Notes: a model not told the origin generated them from the letters alone. A stretch of DNA of 64,000 bases from Oculina patagonica (GCF_052425735.1 NC_135762.1:27838001-27902000); one strand, 5' to 3'; positions 11,501 to 23,956 are shown, numbered from the stretch's first letter. A program made the numbers and translations.

Positions 11501-14500
11501 TCATTTTTCAACCTTCGTTCGATACCAATCAGTAGTGGCCATTATATCCTTGATTTCGCATTTCTAGATAAATCGAGGGAAAAGTTGCTCCTTTCTTCGA
11601 AAACTAGAAAAATGCTCGAAAAATGTCTATTTTTCTACTTTTCCACATGTTGCAGCGGGCCCGAAGGGGCAAAATATTTAAGACCAGAAAATCATTTTGA
11701 ATCAAACCAGATCTGTTTTATTTCTAGCCTTGGTAGCTTTCAGTTACCAGAGTTTTAGCCAAAATTATTATTTGACGGGAATTTGAGTGGGTGTTTTTGA
11801 AAGACAGCCTTATTAAAAGATGCAGGTCAAGCAAAATTTGGCTTCATGAATTTATCCATGCTGTAGGTATCCCCCGCGAGCTTAAAACAAACACTTTTTA
11901 CAAGGGACATAAAAAACCCATAATCGTCATTTAATCTTGGTTGGTGATAATCGCCTTTGTCGTGTTTTGTTGTTACATCTCTCCTTAAGGCAAAACTTTA
12001 CCTCAGTTATAACTACGATATCAAAACAGGAAAATAATTACCATGGCAAATTCTTCCACCGCTTCGGACCTGGAATCCTTTTGCGCATGTGCAAACATAG
12101 CCTGGTACAGTATTGGTACAATTTGCGCCACAAGGTTCTCCAGGTACAGCACAACTGCATGGACTGGGAACTAACGTCTGACACTCATTTATGTCTGGAT
12201 GAAGGAATTACAACACAGAGAAGTGTAATTAAAATGCTATTAATATTTCTTAAATAGGAATTGGTATTTTGGTTTTTCATTGTTTTTCATGCACGAAGGT
12301 TATGATTATTGCATAACGAACAACAAAAGAGATAATCGTAAAAGCTTCTAATTCATAACCCGATGGGGATTCCGCCCCCCCCCCCCCCCACCCCCCCCCC
12401 CACCATAACTTCCAGAATATTTTAGCAATCACAACGAAACTTGGAGGATCAATAGTATATCCAAAGATCTACATGGTGTAGGTCACGTTGGATGATGACG
12501 TCACGACACGTGACAATTACATCATGATGTCAAAAACGCCGTCAGAAAACCGACTAACATTACAGCAGAGTACTCAAAATCAATAAAACTGTGCGATTCA
12601 AAGTTATCTTTCATTATTAGAAACACGAAAATTACAGATTTGGAAAAACATGCCTGTAAATTTTCCGTTGCCATGGTGCTGTCAAGTTTCTGACACAACA
12701 GCCTATCCTACTAAATTATTATCTAGATAAATGTTAAATAAACTCGCAAACTTTGGCAGCATTTGGTTGAATCTTTAATAATGTTAATAAGCGTTCAAAG
12801 TCAGCGCGGGCACTTTCCGCCCGTCCCACGGTCTGGATAGGGTTAATGAACTGTGACTCATTTTCTCGAGTCATTTTTCAAATAAAAACATGACAAACTA
12901 TTTATCCTTAGTTGAACGATATTTAGAATATACCTTGACAACTATACCCGTTTTTGGTGTATCCTAGGTGGCAGCTGCATTGATATGAACCAGGTGTATT
13001 AATGCAGATTTGTTGACATCCATCAGTGTTTAAAGCACATTCATTGATGTCTGTAGATGGAAACAGAACGAACTTTTTGGCCTTAGTATTCATTTCAAAC
13101 TACCAGGTGAGTGTCAAGTACACGGGGAGTGGTTACCCAGTATCCCGAGCCAGAGGCTCATGATAAAAGTGTTTGACAATTTAGGTAATAAAAATAAATG
13201 AATTCATATGAAAAACAGGATTTAAAACTAAATATTAAAAATACAATATTATTATATTATTAAAATCTTAAAAATCCGCGTAAAAATACAACATTAAAAC
13301 GATTAAAAGTACAAAATGTCTGTAAAAGTATCATTGAATGCAAGAACTGCATTGGCAGCCACCAAAGTTTATAGAATTTAAATGATTTAAAATAAGTATT
13401 GTGGGGATCCCCCGATCCTGCCCCAAAATATTATTTTGTTTAAGAGACAAATACCTCTAAACACTTAAAAAATCAAATTCGACTCAATTTTTTTAACAAT
13501 ACTGTGTACATGGTTAATCAAATCGAGGTATTTAGGGGATATAAGTTGAAAGACAAATTTCTTTATTATCACCAGATGATTCCGCTACCCCTATGCTTGG
13601 TTATGTTAAAACTGGTAATTTTAACAGTTATAATGGACAAACCTTAACACCTCTCAGGACCCAGAAAGCAAATGGACGAACAAATTTAACAAGTACAAAA
13701 GCAAACAGATGAACAGAAAAAAAAAACCCACTAACGAAAAAAGGGACAAACAAACGAAGAGAAAACGATGCAGAAACCAACCAACCAACATAAAAACCAA
13801 CCAACAAGCAAAAAAGATACAAGAAGACCAAAACAAACACATTGTATTGAAAGTACGCTATGGCTATGAAACGCAATGTAGGGTATAGCCTGCATGGCCG
13901 GCGTTCAAAGGGGAAGGAGAAAGGGAGTTCGAGCGTGAAGTGCGAGGTGCGAGGAGTGAGCGCGAAAACTCCCCTTTGAACGCCGGCCACGCAGGCTATG
14001 TAGGGTACACAATTTTACTTCCACCAGGAAGCGTGCATTGAGGTTCGACGTACCTGTCATACAAGCATTACCAGTCCATCCAGTTGAACACCGGCAAGTG
14101 TTGGGTGCGACACAGGATCCACGACTGGAGTCACATCCATAGGAACAGATTGCTTTTAAAGAAATAAGTAATTCAGTAAGTAAATAAATTAATTGATTAA
14201 TACGTAAACAAGTATTTAAGCCAGTGAGTAGGGACTCGATGAGAAGACGAGTCAACAAGTCAATAATTTAAATATTTTTTTTTAATTTATTTAATAATAG
14301 ACAATTTTTTTTACAATAGACAGTTTTTTACAAACAATAAAATAAAACAAAATAAAAAAAAAGACAACTCACAGAAATAAAGTAAACATGTAAAGTAAAC
14401 TATAAAGTAACTAGGTCTCGAATCTTCTGTTTGTCTATCCCGAGCTTGTTTTTCAAAAACTTAAGAAAGGCAGTGAAACAGAAAGGGTCTTCATTTTTCG

Positions 14501-17500
14501 CGGCAAAATAGATGTACTGTCTGGCCACAAGCAAACAAAAAAAAAAAACTGCCTTACCCGTGAGATGGGTTTCTCAAAAACGTTTTTTGTTTGTATTTGT
14601 CTTAGTGTCTTGCTTGAAATACTTTGTATGTCAGTAATCTTATCTTCGCAGTCGTTATTTTCAGTTTCCCCGTAGGTACCCTTGAGCAACTTTTTCCAGC
14701 TCGAGGGGATAGCATTTAAAAGCCCTAAATATTGCAAGAAGTGTGCTTTTATACCGAATATACACTGGAACTCGTTAAACGTCAATAAATTTCCGTTCTC
14801 AGACATCAAATCTTATATTTATTTAACTCCGGCTTCATAACACGGCCTAAAAAATACAACATCGTTTTTGCTTAAGGGCATATGAGCCACAACCCTCTGC
14901 CATGCATCGAGTACATCTTTGTAAAATAATGGTAAACAAGAAAGCTGCGGAAGAGTTTTTAGTTAAAAATTGCAATCAAAAATAAGTTTTCCGCCAATGT
15001 CTCTCAGATAATCAAGTGGCAGTGATTTCCACTTAGCGCACTCGGGAGCGAATAGTCTTTTGACCCAAGCTGCTTTAAGCGATTTGTTGATTATATCAAA
15101 ATCAGGCATACCTAAACCTCCTTCTTTTCTTTCGCCTATCATCGTTGTCTTTTTAATCTTTGGGTTCTTGTTGCTCCAGATAAAATCCACAATTTGCTTA
15201 TAAACTCTTTTTACAAAATCTCCGGAAATGGGAAGAACAGCTGAGACAAAGGTTAATTTAGAGAGTGCTAAGGATTTTACTATGTTGATTTTCCCATACA
15301 GAGTCAAGTCTCTGGAAGACCAAACGTTTAGGCATTTTTCTAAGGAACTCAATCTTTTTTCTAAGTTTTTGCTATCAGAAATGTTCTGGTTTGTTGTAAA
15401 ACAGATACCAAGAGCATTAACATAATCCTTAGGCCAGCGAATACCAAAGGGTGTGTCGGTTCTGTTCTTGTTTGAACCTAACCATAATGCCTCCGTTTTG
15501 GACCTATTTAGTTCGAGCTGAGCACAGTTTAAACAAATCCAGCTTTTTGAACAGGTTGCTGGCTGATGTAGTATCTCCAACAAGGCAAGTAGTATCATCA
15601 GCATACTGGGATAATTTAAATACTTTTGAGTTAAGCGATAAGCCCTTTATCGATTTGTCGCTTCTAATAGCGCCTGCTAGAAGCTCCACCCCAACAACAA
15701 AAAGAATTCCAGAAAGGGGGCACCCCTGTCTAACTCCACGCTCCAAAGAAAAAAAGGTGTTGCAAAGCCATTGTTAATAACACAGCTTTGTGGGTTAGTG
15801 TAAAATGTTTTGATCCAATTAACTAGCATATCTGCAAAGCCAAAAGTTTTTAATGTTCTGAATAACAAAGACCATTTAATGCCGTCGAAAGCTTTCTTGA
15901 AATCTAAAATTAGCGCAATGCCCTGGAGTCTGCGTGTATTGACAACGCTCAATAACATCTGAAATCAGGCGAATATTTTGTCCAATAAATCGCTTTTTTA
16001 CTAAACCTGTTTGATCACTGTGAATAATGCTTGGCAATATTTTAGATATTCTCGAAGCTATTGCTCTGGTAGCGATTTTATAATCAGTGTCCAATAGCGA
16101 GATTGGTCTCCAGTTGTCGAGGAGCGTTTTATCTTTATTTTTCTTTGGAATAAGAATGATTATCCCTCTTCTTTGAGAAATAGTTAATTCTCCACATTCA
16201 AAAGCATAATTTAGGCTATCAACTAATTCTTGCCCTACACAATGATTTAAATATCGTTTTTATTCGATTAAGCGCCGTGGGTGCTTATTAATTTTTTTTT
16301 GACCTTGGGAGCAGGCGCTTATTCGAGGCTGGGAGCTGATTAAATTTACACCATGCATTTTTAGGAAGTAGTAAGTCATAGTATATTGCCACAAAACAAT
16401 AAACGATAACAAAACTTGAAGGTGTGCCAAAGCAGAATTTTACCTGATCATTGGAAGCTTCTGTAAAATTTCATGAAAACTCTGTCTTCGGGGGCAAGTC
16501 TCTTGGTAGTACTTAGTCTATTTCAATCTCATGGAGAGTCAATTAGCGAACTCCTCTTTAGGGGAGTGCAGGCGTTTATTCGAGGCTTGGTGCTTTATTA
16601 AACTTTTTTTAAGTTCAGGGTGGGCGCTTGTTTGAGATTGGGAAATTAATCAAATAAGTACGGTTATCAAAAACTCAGTGAGCGAGTCATTGGGTTTATG
16701 ATGGGGCAATGGGCCAATGTGTCATAAAATGAAAGAGTCAACCTTCTCCAAAGATTTCTTTTGCCACATTTTTTAGCCGTCACTTCCTCTATGAAACCAC
16801 GACGGTGATTTCTGTATCTCTATCTGGACTTAAAAGTTGTATTCAGTAATAAGTGTGACATCGATATTCTCGCAATCATCTTAATGGAGTTAATCACGCG
16901 ATGGTTTCTGTGAAATGTTTTAAGTCAAGGACGAATGCTCATTGGCAATACACGCATTGGCAATGCATATGCTTTTTTTGGACTACTATTTTGGTGGTAG
17001 AATTGCAGCAAGCGGTAAGTCTAATGGATACATACTTATTTACCTTCTCTACATTCTCTTGAACTGGAATAACTTTTTCTCCATCCACTGCAGCAGTAAA
17101 TGACCTTTACACTGTCACTTCTTGTTCTTTGGACCCTGCGGTACACTGTTTTGGGTCTTCAAAGCAATATGTCGGAAAAAGACAATTCGTTAGTAAAGAA
17201 TAACTAAATTATGGAAGAACGAAGCATATATTTCATCCATTCATCCATTTTATATTTCCCATGGCTTAAAAAGTCTTGCAGATTATGACCTTGGCACTTC
17301 CCTCCCCCTCTATTTTATTAGATTAGAAGCTCGAGATTTTATGAGCGAATGGTTGAATAAGGGGCACAGCCAAGCTGCTATAATTCGTAGGGCGGTTTGG
17401 TAAAGGATGGTAGTCATTACAATTTCTTGTATAAATTAATTTTTATATTTTTTTAACCCTATTCGTACTGGGCTTTTTTGGATCTTTTCAGACTGGGGGG

Positions 17501-20500
17501 GGGGGGGGGGAGGGGGTTGCGGATTCCGCTCCCCCCTCCGTAACTACCAGAATACTTGAGCAATCACTATGAAACTTAGAGGATATATAGTATGTCCAAA
17601 AATCTGTCATTTGGTATACGTCCCGTGGGATGATGACGTCACACATCATTATGTCTAAACAGCCGCCATCTTGGATCCGCCATCTTGGATTTCAAAAACG
17701 TGAGAAAACCACCCAAAATCACTGCACATTTGGATTTGTCTACAAAAATTAATTCAAATTCCTTTGAAACTGGAAGCTCTTCTAGTCTTCAAATTGGATG
17801 GTGATTACAGGGGGAGAATGCTTACTGATTGAAAGTGGTCACAATTTTGGGTTTCTTGCCGTAATATTATCACATAAATTACATTTATGACTCGAACTAC
17901 TTTACCAACAGATGCATTACGAACCATGAAATAAAATTAATGCTCCAAGGTTGATATTACTTTACCTGGATGAGTCACACCTGAACCAACCAAACCAACC
18001 ACAGCTAGTAGTTGTGTATGTGTATGACCTTGTTGCTGTAACTGTGTAATACGACTCGATCTGTGTAGTTCGCCTGGTACAAACGTTCCGCCTGAAAAAA
18101 AGAACCTTAAGGTGTTTTTAGATGATTCTTTCGCATGCAAACTGGCCTAGCACACACTTTATTTACTTTAATTATTACAATTGAATTACTATATCAACAC
18201 ACAATTTGATTGGCCACACTGTCAGTTAAAACTTTATAAGTAGGAGGATGGCTTTTAAATGGTTTGTATTATTCGGTTTTCTGGAAATTTGTTAAGACGC
18301 TCCGTGCTCAGTGAAGCAATTCCGCAAAAGACAAAAGATGCAACAAGGGGTGCAAAATTCATGGACATTTCGGTTGGAATTCAATTGAAACAGTGATACT
18401 TCAGAAAATCCGTTCGGAAATTGTAGACTACGTTTTGAGGTAGTCCCACTCCTTTCATTTCTGTGGGTACGAACCGTCGGCAATTTTCTTATCATTTGAA
18501 CGAATCTTCCGTTTCCAGGCCCTTTTAGGACTTTCGCGCGGTTTAAGTCGTGTTTTCAATATGGCGTCTGTATACCGATATAGATCGTGCGTGTTCACCT
18601 CGACCATATACATGCCAGCACTTGTTCAACAGGAGAAATAAGCTGCCTGCCTCTGGTATTGGTTGGAATCGTTCATGTGTTTATAATTTCTCTTCACAGG
18701 ATCTCGAACGCCGGTGCCAAAAGTCACTTGACTGCGAAATTCATTCGGTGCGAAGGTGGGAGCAGTTATGGCAGGAGATCTCAGCAAGCTCTATTGAGCT
18801 TTTCTAGGAAGATCCCCTTATTATTAGCTTAAAAATAATTACATGAATACATAAAGAGTGCTATACATATTTAACTCATATATATTAAAAATTTTAAAAG
18901 ATTTGAATATAGCCCTGGATTCATCCTGAAATTTTGAAAAGGTCATTATCCGTACTATTTTTTTCTGTATAGTGAATATCGGTTTCAGCCTGGTTGGGTA
19001 AGTGCTTGTCCATATAATGCTACAATATGTTAAATATGGTTACACCATAGTGTTATTAGTTATCTTTCGTGTTTGGATAGATGAAACATGTCTAGCTTTT
19101 GCCATAATTTCTGTCATTTTCGATTTTTTCGTTGAAATTTGGTCAATATGATATTTCCAAGAGAGTTGATCATCTATTTAAATCTAAGAGTATTCACAAG
19201 AATATTTCAGCCTAAAATCGGCAGAAAAATAAGAATATTCAGCCTGGGTCGGAAAAACAATATTGTTATAGAAAAAAAGAGTGTATGCGTTCACTAAAGT
19301 TAGAGCGTCGGTGTGTAATTTAGCATAGAGACATGACCGACACCGGAAACCGCGCAAGACAAACCTCTGGCACCCAGGGTACCAAAATTGTACCCCTGCC
19401 ATTAAATTGCGAAGTGTTAACAGGTTAAGGTTACAGATAATCTTTTCGGGGTGTTTGGTATGAGATGTCAACACCTCAAAACCCTGTGCGGTTTTACGGG
19501 AATGCTCACATTTAAATACGTGATTTATTTACCAAGAGTTCGTGTTTTATTTGTTGTCCATGCGAGGAGATATGCAGGGCAAATTTGTTAGAAAACGACC
19601 ATGGAACAAGCAGAGAAGTCTATAATCAATAGTTAGTGAATTCATGACGTTGATCAAAAAGCGCTTCGAGTTTCTACAGTAGGAGTTTCAACGCATAATT
19701 GCGGTTTTCTGTCTTTTAGAACTGCCTTTACCCCTTACCCTATTAATTGCATTTGATTTCCGCACAAATGCAGTGGCTGCAGATCGAGCAGCGATCGCGA
19801 ATATTTTTATTGCGAATTCGAGACTGTTTTGTAACAAAATCTCAAGCCGTATTCACACACGCGTTGTGCGAAAACTAGTCAAATCGTTTAGGCCTGAAAA
19901 CTAGAGTTTGTTTTTTTAGGAATAACCTCTCTTTGAATGTTTTGATAAGGTATGTGAATTTGATGGATTTTTACGAAAGGACTTTGGTGCAAAAAAGTGT
20001 ATCGAGCTTTTAAAATATGCGAAATATTCTAACTGTGACACAACGACTATTTTCTCAGAAACCTATTGAAAAGTCCATTAATAAAGCCGACATTCCTTGG
20101 TATATTATTAAGTGCTGATTGATATTGTTCAGGGCCGGGTTGTTCGAAAGCCGATTAACACTAACCCAGGATTAAAAGTTAATCGAGGGTTCCTTTTGTC
20201 TTAAATAAAAGAGTTTTTGATGCTTTCGTTTTGTGGATTTTGGGATAATTCGACGGCAAAACTAAATGGCGGATAATATATAAAAAAAAAATCACTGAAA
20301 AGTTGAAAAGCTGAAATCAAAATTCGTGCTAATCCTGGATTAGCTTAATCGTGCTTTGAACAACCCGGCCCAGTTTACTTTGTTCCGAAGGTAGGTAATT
20401 CAGCAAAGCGCACAGTGAGGATTTCGAGTTTGAAGGCTCGCACGCGCTAACCGAAGCCGTAAATTCCTAAGATTTTAATATGTTTGGATTTTTGACTTCA

Positions 20501-22174
20501 CAACCTTTCCAACGATATATAGTTTTCCGTGATTCCACCGAAAATGACTCGCGCACGAAACAATTTCCACAAGGCAAACCGAAAAGGTTACCAGTATAAA
20601 CCTTAAGCTAGGTTGAAATTTTCATTGAGATTACAATTCGCCCACTACGTATACATGTGCGTCCTTTTAATTATAAACTCTAAGAAAATTGTTTGCTAGC
20701 TTGATGGACGATTTAATTTATTTCTTGGTCAGACAAATATTTATAAATAATCTCGAAACGATCTCGAAAGCCCCAGAAACTTTTCAGACTTTTCAGGCTT
20801 GTGGGTATAGGCCTGAAACTCTGTAGAAGGGAAACTCTGTTCATATTCAATACATGTGAATAAAACAGCTCTGTTTCAGCATAGGGTGAGAGATTTGCTT
20901 TGCCTTTCCGGGTGCGAAACTGTTTGGGACCTTCGTGAAACGGGCCCCTGTTCTTGGAGTCCCGACATAGACTCATGATTTGAAACAAGCTGTCACGGTG
21001 TTGGCAGAAACCAAGACTTGTTTTGTATGAAGTAGTTTCAACCTATTAAATAATGCTTATAACTTGTGCTCGATCTCATTTAATTGGTGTGGTTTGGGTT
21101 ATTAATTTTTTCTCTATTTTTAAACTGTCATACAGTGTACCCCACAAGAGTCGTTCCCTGATCAATTCCCTGATCAAAACATTAAATTTTATGTGTGCTT
21201 GAAGAAGACTTAGCTCTTAATCGACATATTAACTGGTCCTTCGAAAAAGAAACGAGACCTTTCATTTACCAAGTATCAGAGAACTTCGTTTTCCGTCTTT
21301 TCCCACGAGAAATAACACCAAGCTTAGTTTGTTTCGGCAACATTTCTAAACATGAGTATTTCCCGTAGATAAGTCAAAACCGAAAGTAATTTAAGCCTAC
21401 TTGGAACCACAGTCTTGAGCAATTTCTGTGCTTTTGACATTACTTATAATATAACTTCTAGGCCGTTTCTGAAGACTGAGTACGAAACTTAGTTTTGACA
21501 TACAAAACGTTTTCCTATTCCAGTAAACTTATCCCTGACAAGAACATGGAAACGACTAAACCGGAAGGACTTCCGTTTCGGACCGTTTAGGTCTTCCGTT
21601 TCTTAGCGTCAGTCATCAACTTAAACTTACGTTTAAAACATCTAATAAAACATCTAATAAATAAATAAATTCACTGAATGCAACTATATATAGTTAACAT
21701 GGCATTTTAGAGTTATTTGGCTTCACATATTGGTAATCAAGTCAGAAAAAACTTAGATAACCATGCAAGGTAAATATAGATAAACAGTATTTTGTACTTC
21801 TAGATGCTTCCATAAAACACATCTGTGATCTAGTTAAAACGCAAGTAAAGCCTGGTTTCATTGGCGACGCAAGCACAAGCGTAAGCACGAGAAGAGGAAA
21901 AAAATTGACCCTTTTGCTTGTGTTTGACGCAAGCACAAGCACAAGGATCAAAATGCATTGCGTTTGTGCTTATGCTTGCGTCGAAGCCGTTTTTACGGTG
22001 AAATAAAAGCTGTTATCTTGCGCTTGTCCTTGCGTCGCTAGTGAAAACCAGGCTTAAGCTATTGTAACAAACTTACCCATATTCACGGAGATTGGACGGG
22101 TTTATAACGGTTTGTTTTGTTTCCCTCAAGCATAAAATAAAGCAGATAATGAAGAACACTTCGTTGGTAAACAT
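2345..22174 (-). CDS. Multi-exon secreted/ECM protein: signal peptide, EMI domain, EGF, 7 calcium-binding EGF, 2 Sushi/CCP domains; 3' end not in window
   Basis: 13 exons with GT-AG boundaries and compatible phases, translated by hand: 22174-22077, 18091-17966, 17156-17044, 14152-14054, 13050-12934, 12194-12042, 11179-11051, 8388-8266, 7582-7460, 6659-6507, 6198-6076, 5858-5685, 2533-2345. The last exon ends in a phase-1 donor, so the gene continues into the gap or beyond the window. Confidence 0.88.
2664..5019 (-). mobile_element. Internally deleted, degenerate Gypsy/Ty3 LTR retrotransposon
   Basis: LTRs at 4879-5019 (5') and 2664-2815 (3') with TG...CA ends. PBS TGGTGTCAGGAGT (4866-4878) is complementary to a tRNA-Leu 3' end. 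Purine tract AAAGAGGGA precedes the 3' LTR, and GAGGA flanks both sides. Frameshifted gag ([13 protein letters not shown]..., zinc knuckles), protease DTGA and partial RT ([23 protein letters not shown]) are present; no RNaseH or integrase. Confidence 0.92.
5685..5858 (-). CDS. Exon 12 (Sushi/CCP)
   Basis: [58 protein letters not shown]. Confidence 0.9.
6076..6198 (-). CDS. Exon 11 (cbEGF)
   Basis: [41 protein letters not shown]. Confidence 0.9.
6334..6420 (+). repeat. (GTCC/GTCA)n microsatellite
   Basis: Tetranucleotide run. Confidence 0.9.
6507..6659 (-). CDS. Exon 10 (cbEGF)
   Basis: [51 protein letters not shown]. Confidence 0.9.
7218..7350 (+). repeat. (CAGA)n degenerate microsatellite
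   Basis: Tetranucleotide run. Confidence 0.9.
7460..7582 (-). CDS. Exon 9 (cbEGF)
   Basis: [41 protein letters not shown] (absent from the ORF track). Confidence 0.9.
8266..8388 (-). CDS. Exon 8 (cbEGF)
   Basis: [41 protein letters not shown]. Confidence 0.9.
8596..8634 (-). ncRNA. Mirror copy of the hammerhead-like motif
   Basis: Exact reverse complement of 10924-10962. Confidence 0.6.
8706..9838 (-). CDS. 5'-truncated Penelope-like RT + GIY-YIG endonuclease ORF
   Basis: [10 protein letters not shown] and YRRYVDD (RT); [29 protein letters not shown] and KPSLN (GIY-YIG); no stops. Confidence 0.85.
9839..10852 (+). CDS. 5'-truncated Penelope-like RT + GIY-YIG ORF (inverted copy)
   Basis: Protein identical to the minus-strand copy from MGSPLGP onward. 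Confidence 0.85.
   Translation: MGSPLGPLMANAFLCSIEEKLEHDNKLPEFYRRYVDDTLATMKDVPAAEAFLTTLNNCHPSIQFTMELASDNKLPFVGMEILKKGHQLETSVYRKPTNTGLLLHHQSHVDKRYKKSLIKTMVNRAFHLSSTWESFVTECDRLKLMFTNLKYPASLINSTISHFVTSVMTKDPLVPAEVPNNKDIIHRVVLPFKDQTSADGVKKQLSDLSKKIDHALQPVFKSRKIGEDLKMREPKPPLINQQCVVYNYQCDLCDADYVGYTSRHLHQRIDEHRFSAIGKHLKNDHGLNNIGDLTSNFSVLKKCSGKLDCLIYEMLFIRKNKPSLNTQSDSIRAKLFV
10924..10962 (+). ncRNA. Minimal type-I hammerhead ribozyme-like motif in the Penelope 3' (pLTR) region
   Basis: CAC-TTGAAAAT-GATGTC aggat GACATC-GAAACGTT-GTG: perfect 6-bp stem II, GAAAC core, palindromic AACGTT, short stem I; core is UUGAAAA instead of CUGAUGA. Confidence 0.6.
11051..11179 (-). CDS. Exon 7 (cbEGF)
   Basis: [43 protein letters not shown]. 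Confidence 0.9.
12042..12194 (-). CDS. Exon 6 (cbEGF with an extra Cys pair)
   Basis: [51 protein letters not shown]. Confidence 0.88.
12934..13050 (-). CDS. Exon 5 (cbEGF)
   Basis: [39 protein letters not shown]. Confidence 0.9.
13886..13998. mobile_element. 113-bp MITE (TAGCCTGC termini)
   Basis: TIR TAGCCTGCRTGGCCGGCGTTCAAAGGGG; 9-bp TSD TGTAGGGTA on both sides. Confidence 0.85.
14054..14152 (-). CDS. Exon 4 (EGF-like)
   Basis: [33 protein letters not shown], phase 1-1. Confidence 0.88.
14276..16239 (-). mobile_element. 5'-truncated, frameshifted L1/Tx1-clade LINE
   Basis: RT motifs [39 protein letters not shown]-tail at 14276-14283. TSD CAAT(A/G)ATTTAAATAT at 14261-14275 and 16240-16254. 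Confidence 0.9.
16255..16664. mobile_element. Non-autonomous DNA transposon with internal GGCGCTTATT-type repeats
   Basis: Degenerate TIR (CG)TTTTTATTCGATTAAGCGCC ... TTAATCAAATAAGTACGG; repeated GGCGCTTATTCGAG motifs. Confidence 0.55.
17044..17156 (-). CDS. Exon 3 (EMI domain, C-terminal half)
   Basis: [37 protein letters not shown]; CCxGW is the EMI signature. Confidence 0.85.
17966..18091 (-). CDS. Exon 2 (EMI domain, N-terminal half)
   Basis: (G)[41 protein letters not shown](R); TTTTTCAG acceptor, GTAAAG donor. Confidence 0.85.
20133..20370. mobile_element. PIF/Harbinger-type MITE
   Basis: TIR GGCCGGGTTGTTC...GAACAACCCGGCC; 3-bp TSD CAG. Confidence 0.8.
21849..22054. mobile_element. 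PIF/Harbinger-type MITE
   Basis: TIR AGCCTGGTTT...AAACCAGGCT; TSD TAA; internal GACGCAAGCACAAGC repeats. Confidence 0.75.
22077..22174 (-). CDS. Exon 1 of EMI/EGF/Sushi gene (signal peptide)
   Basis: [32 protein letters not shown](G), then GTAAGT donor, phase 2. Confidence 0.75.
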
Positions 22175-22708
22175 GACGAAGCGAAGTCACATCTCGTCAA
22201 TACATACACACTCTAGCAGCCTAGTGACCCTGAGCATCATTTCGGTTCTCTTCAAACTGATAAACATTATCAGTTAAATTCTACAGACTATTGTTTCTTT
22301 AAAGTGACGCGATTGGTCAACGCCGGTCGCGTGTTTTTAAATGACATTGATTGTAATGTCAATGTTTATTTTGGGTGTTTATTCAGACACTGGATTTAAT
22401 TCAATAACTTAATCTAAATGGTAAATTGAAAAAGAAAACAATCGTTTCAGTGCTTTTCTATCTTACATGTCTGCTGGCGTTGCAGCAATCTAAGTTCGTA
22501 ACTAAATTCTATTGCAGCTTTTAATTTAGTTTAGTAACTCAAAAATCACGAAAGTTTCCACTTACGAGGGGTCAAATAGCAGGTGCAAATATACATTCGC
22601 ACCGTCACGTTTTCCCAATATTTGGGGAATGTGTAGCGGGAAAATGTAAAGGTAAAGTAAAGTATCTTTTACGGCTCGATACGGCGTCCCAAAAAAAAGA
22701 CGAGGAAC

Positions 22709-23603
22709 TAATTAACAATTATTCTTTGAAATCGAGGTGAATAGTGATGTTTTAGTATATACACACGAAGTGATCTCAACAACAAGCGATCTCAAAGTTT
22801 TCAGAAGGAAACCATTTAAAGTCGATTTAATTGACCTCTCAATTCATGCGTGGAAAACGTACATATAAGCGGCACTAACCGACATGCGCGAAACAGTTTA
22901 CAGAATCTTCAAACATGGCAAATCTAGTTAATCTTCGATAAAATCCTCGTCACAATCTAGCAAAATGGTCCTTTAACACCACTTAAGCCTGCAATCTGAT
23001 CAAAAACCTGCTTGCAAAACATTTTAACCGTTGAATCAAAGCTTTTGAAGTTCACTTGAATTGAAAATTGAAAGAGCAGTTGGCAAAGGATCCACCTGAA
23101 AGTTTGGATTATAAGCTTACTGAATGTCTGCAGAACTGTGGTGAAAACTGGATGTTTTCTTGCACAAAGACTTTTTCCTGAATATTTGTGGAGGATCTTG
23201 GTTGAATAACACTTGATGTTGCTGCCGATAAATCCACGGTATTCATTTCTGCCGATGCCGAGCGAAGAGCGACTTGACGGTAAGCAATTGTTTATCGTTT
23301 TAGTACTCGAGTTGTGTGGACATTGTGCTTCAAATTGTGAAATATGTAGTCTTCTCTTACTTTGAAAACCATCAGGCCAAATTTCTTAGCCTTTTTTTGT
23401 TTTTTCTGGTTCAGCATCTTCTTGTATTCTTAGTTTTTGCGATTCAGAAACGCCGGCGAAACGCGAGTTTACGCCGGCCATTTTGTTTCATTTTGGATCA
23501 AGCATTATTCACTCCGTAGAGAGTGAATAATGCTCATTAGCCCGAGATAGCGAACCAATCAGATTGCTTGAAACACTAAGATCACTGAGTGTGTATATAC
23601 TAA
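22709..23603 (-). mobile_element. Crypton-like non-autonomous derivative
   Basis: Minus strand MAGVNSRFAGVSESQKLRIQEDAEPEKTKK... from 23481 with a GTAAG donor, plus a C-terminal GSFANCSFNFQFK* remnant; resembles the ends of DUF3504/Crypton-A proteins. Confidence 0.5.
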
Positions 23604-23956
23604 TTGAAGTTGTAAAGAACAAAGATGTCTTCATGTTGACCCAGCAGATATTGCAATTGAGCGAGCTCATCGTCTAGAGCTAAAGAAACCTTCTTTACCA
23701 ACAGAAAGAATTAATTTGCCGTTCTGCAATCGCACTGAAGGGAACGGACTTTGGTCTAGGTGAGCAGTTTCAAAAAGAAATACATGAACGTCGCAAGACA
23801 CTGTACCCAATTTCAAGAAAGCTGAGCAAGAGGGCAAGATTAGTTTAAGACAAACTGTATATAAATGGAACAGATTGCCCTTGCTGCCGAAGGTTCGACC
23901 CATATGTCATAATAAATTAAGTATAATTTCATCCATATGAACAATGGTTAATTTCC

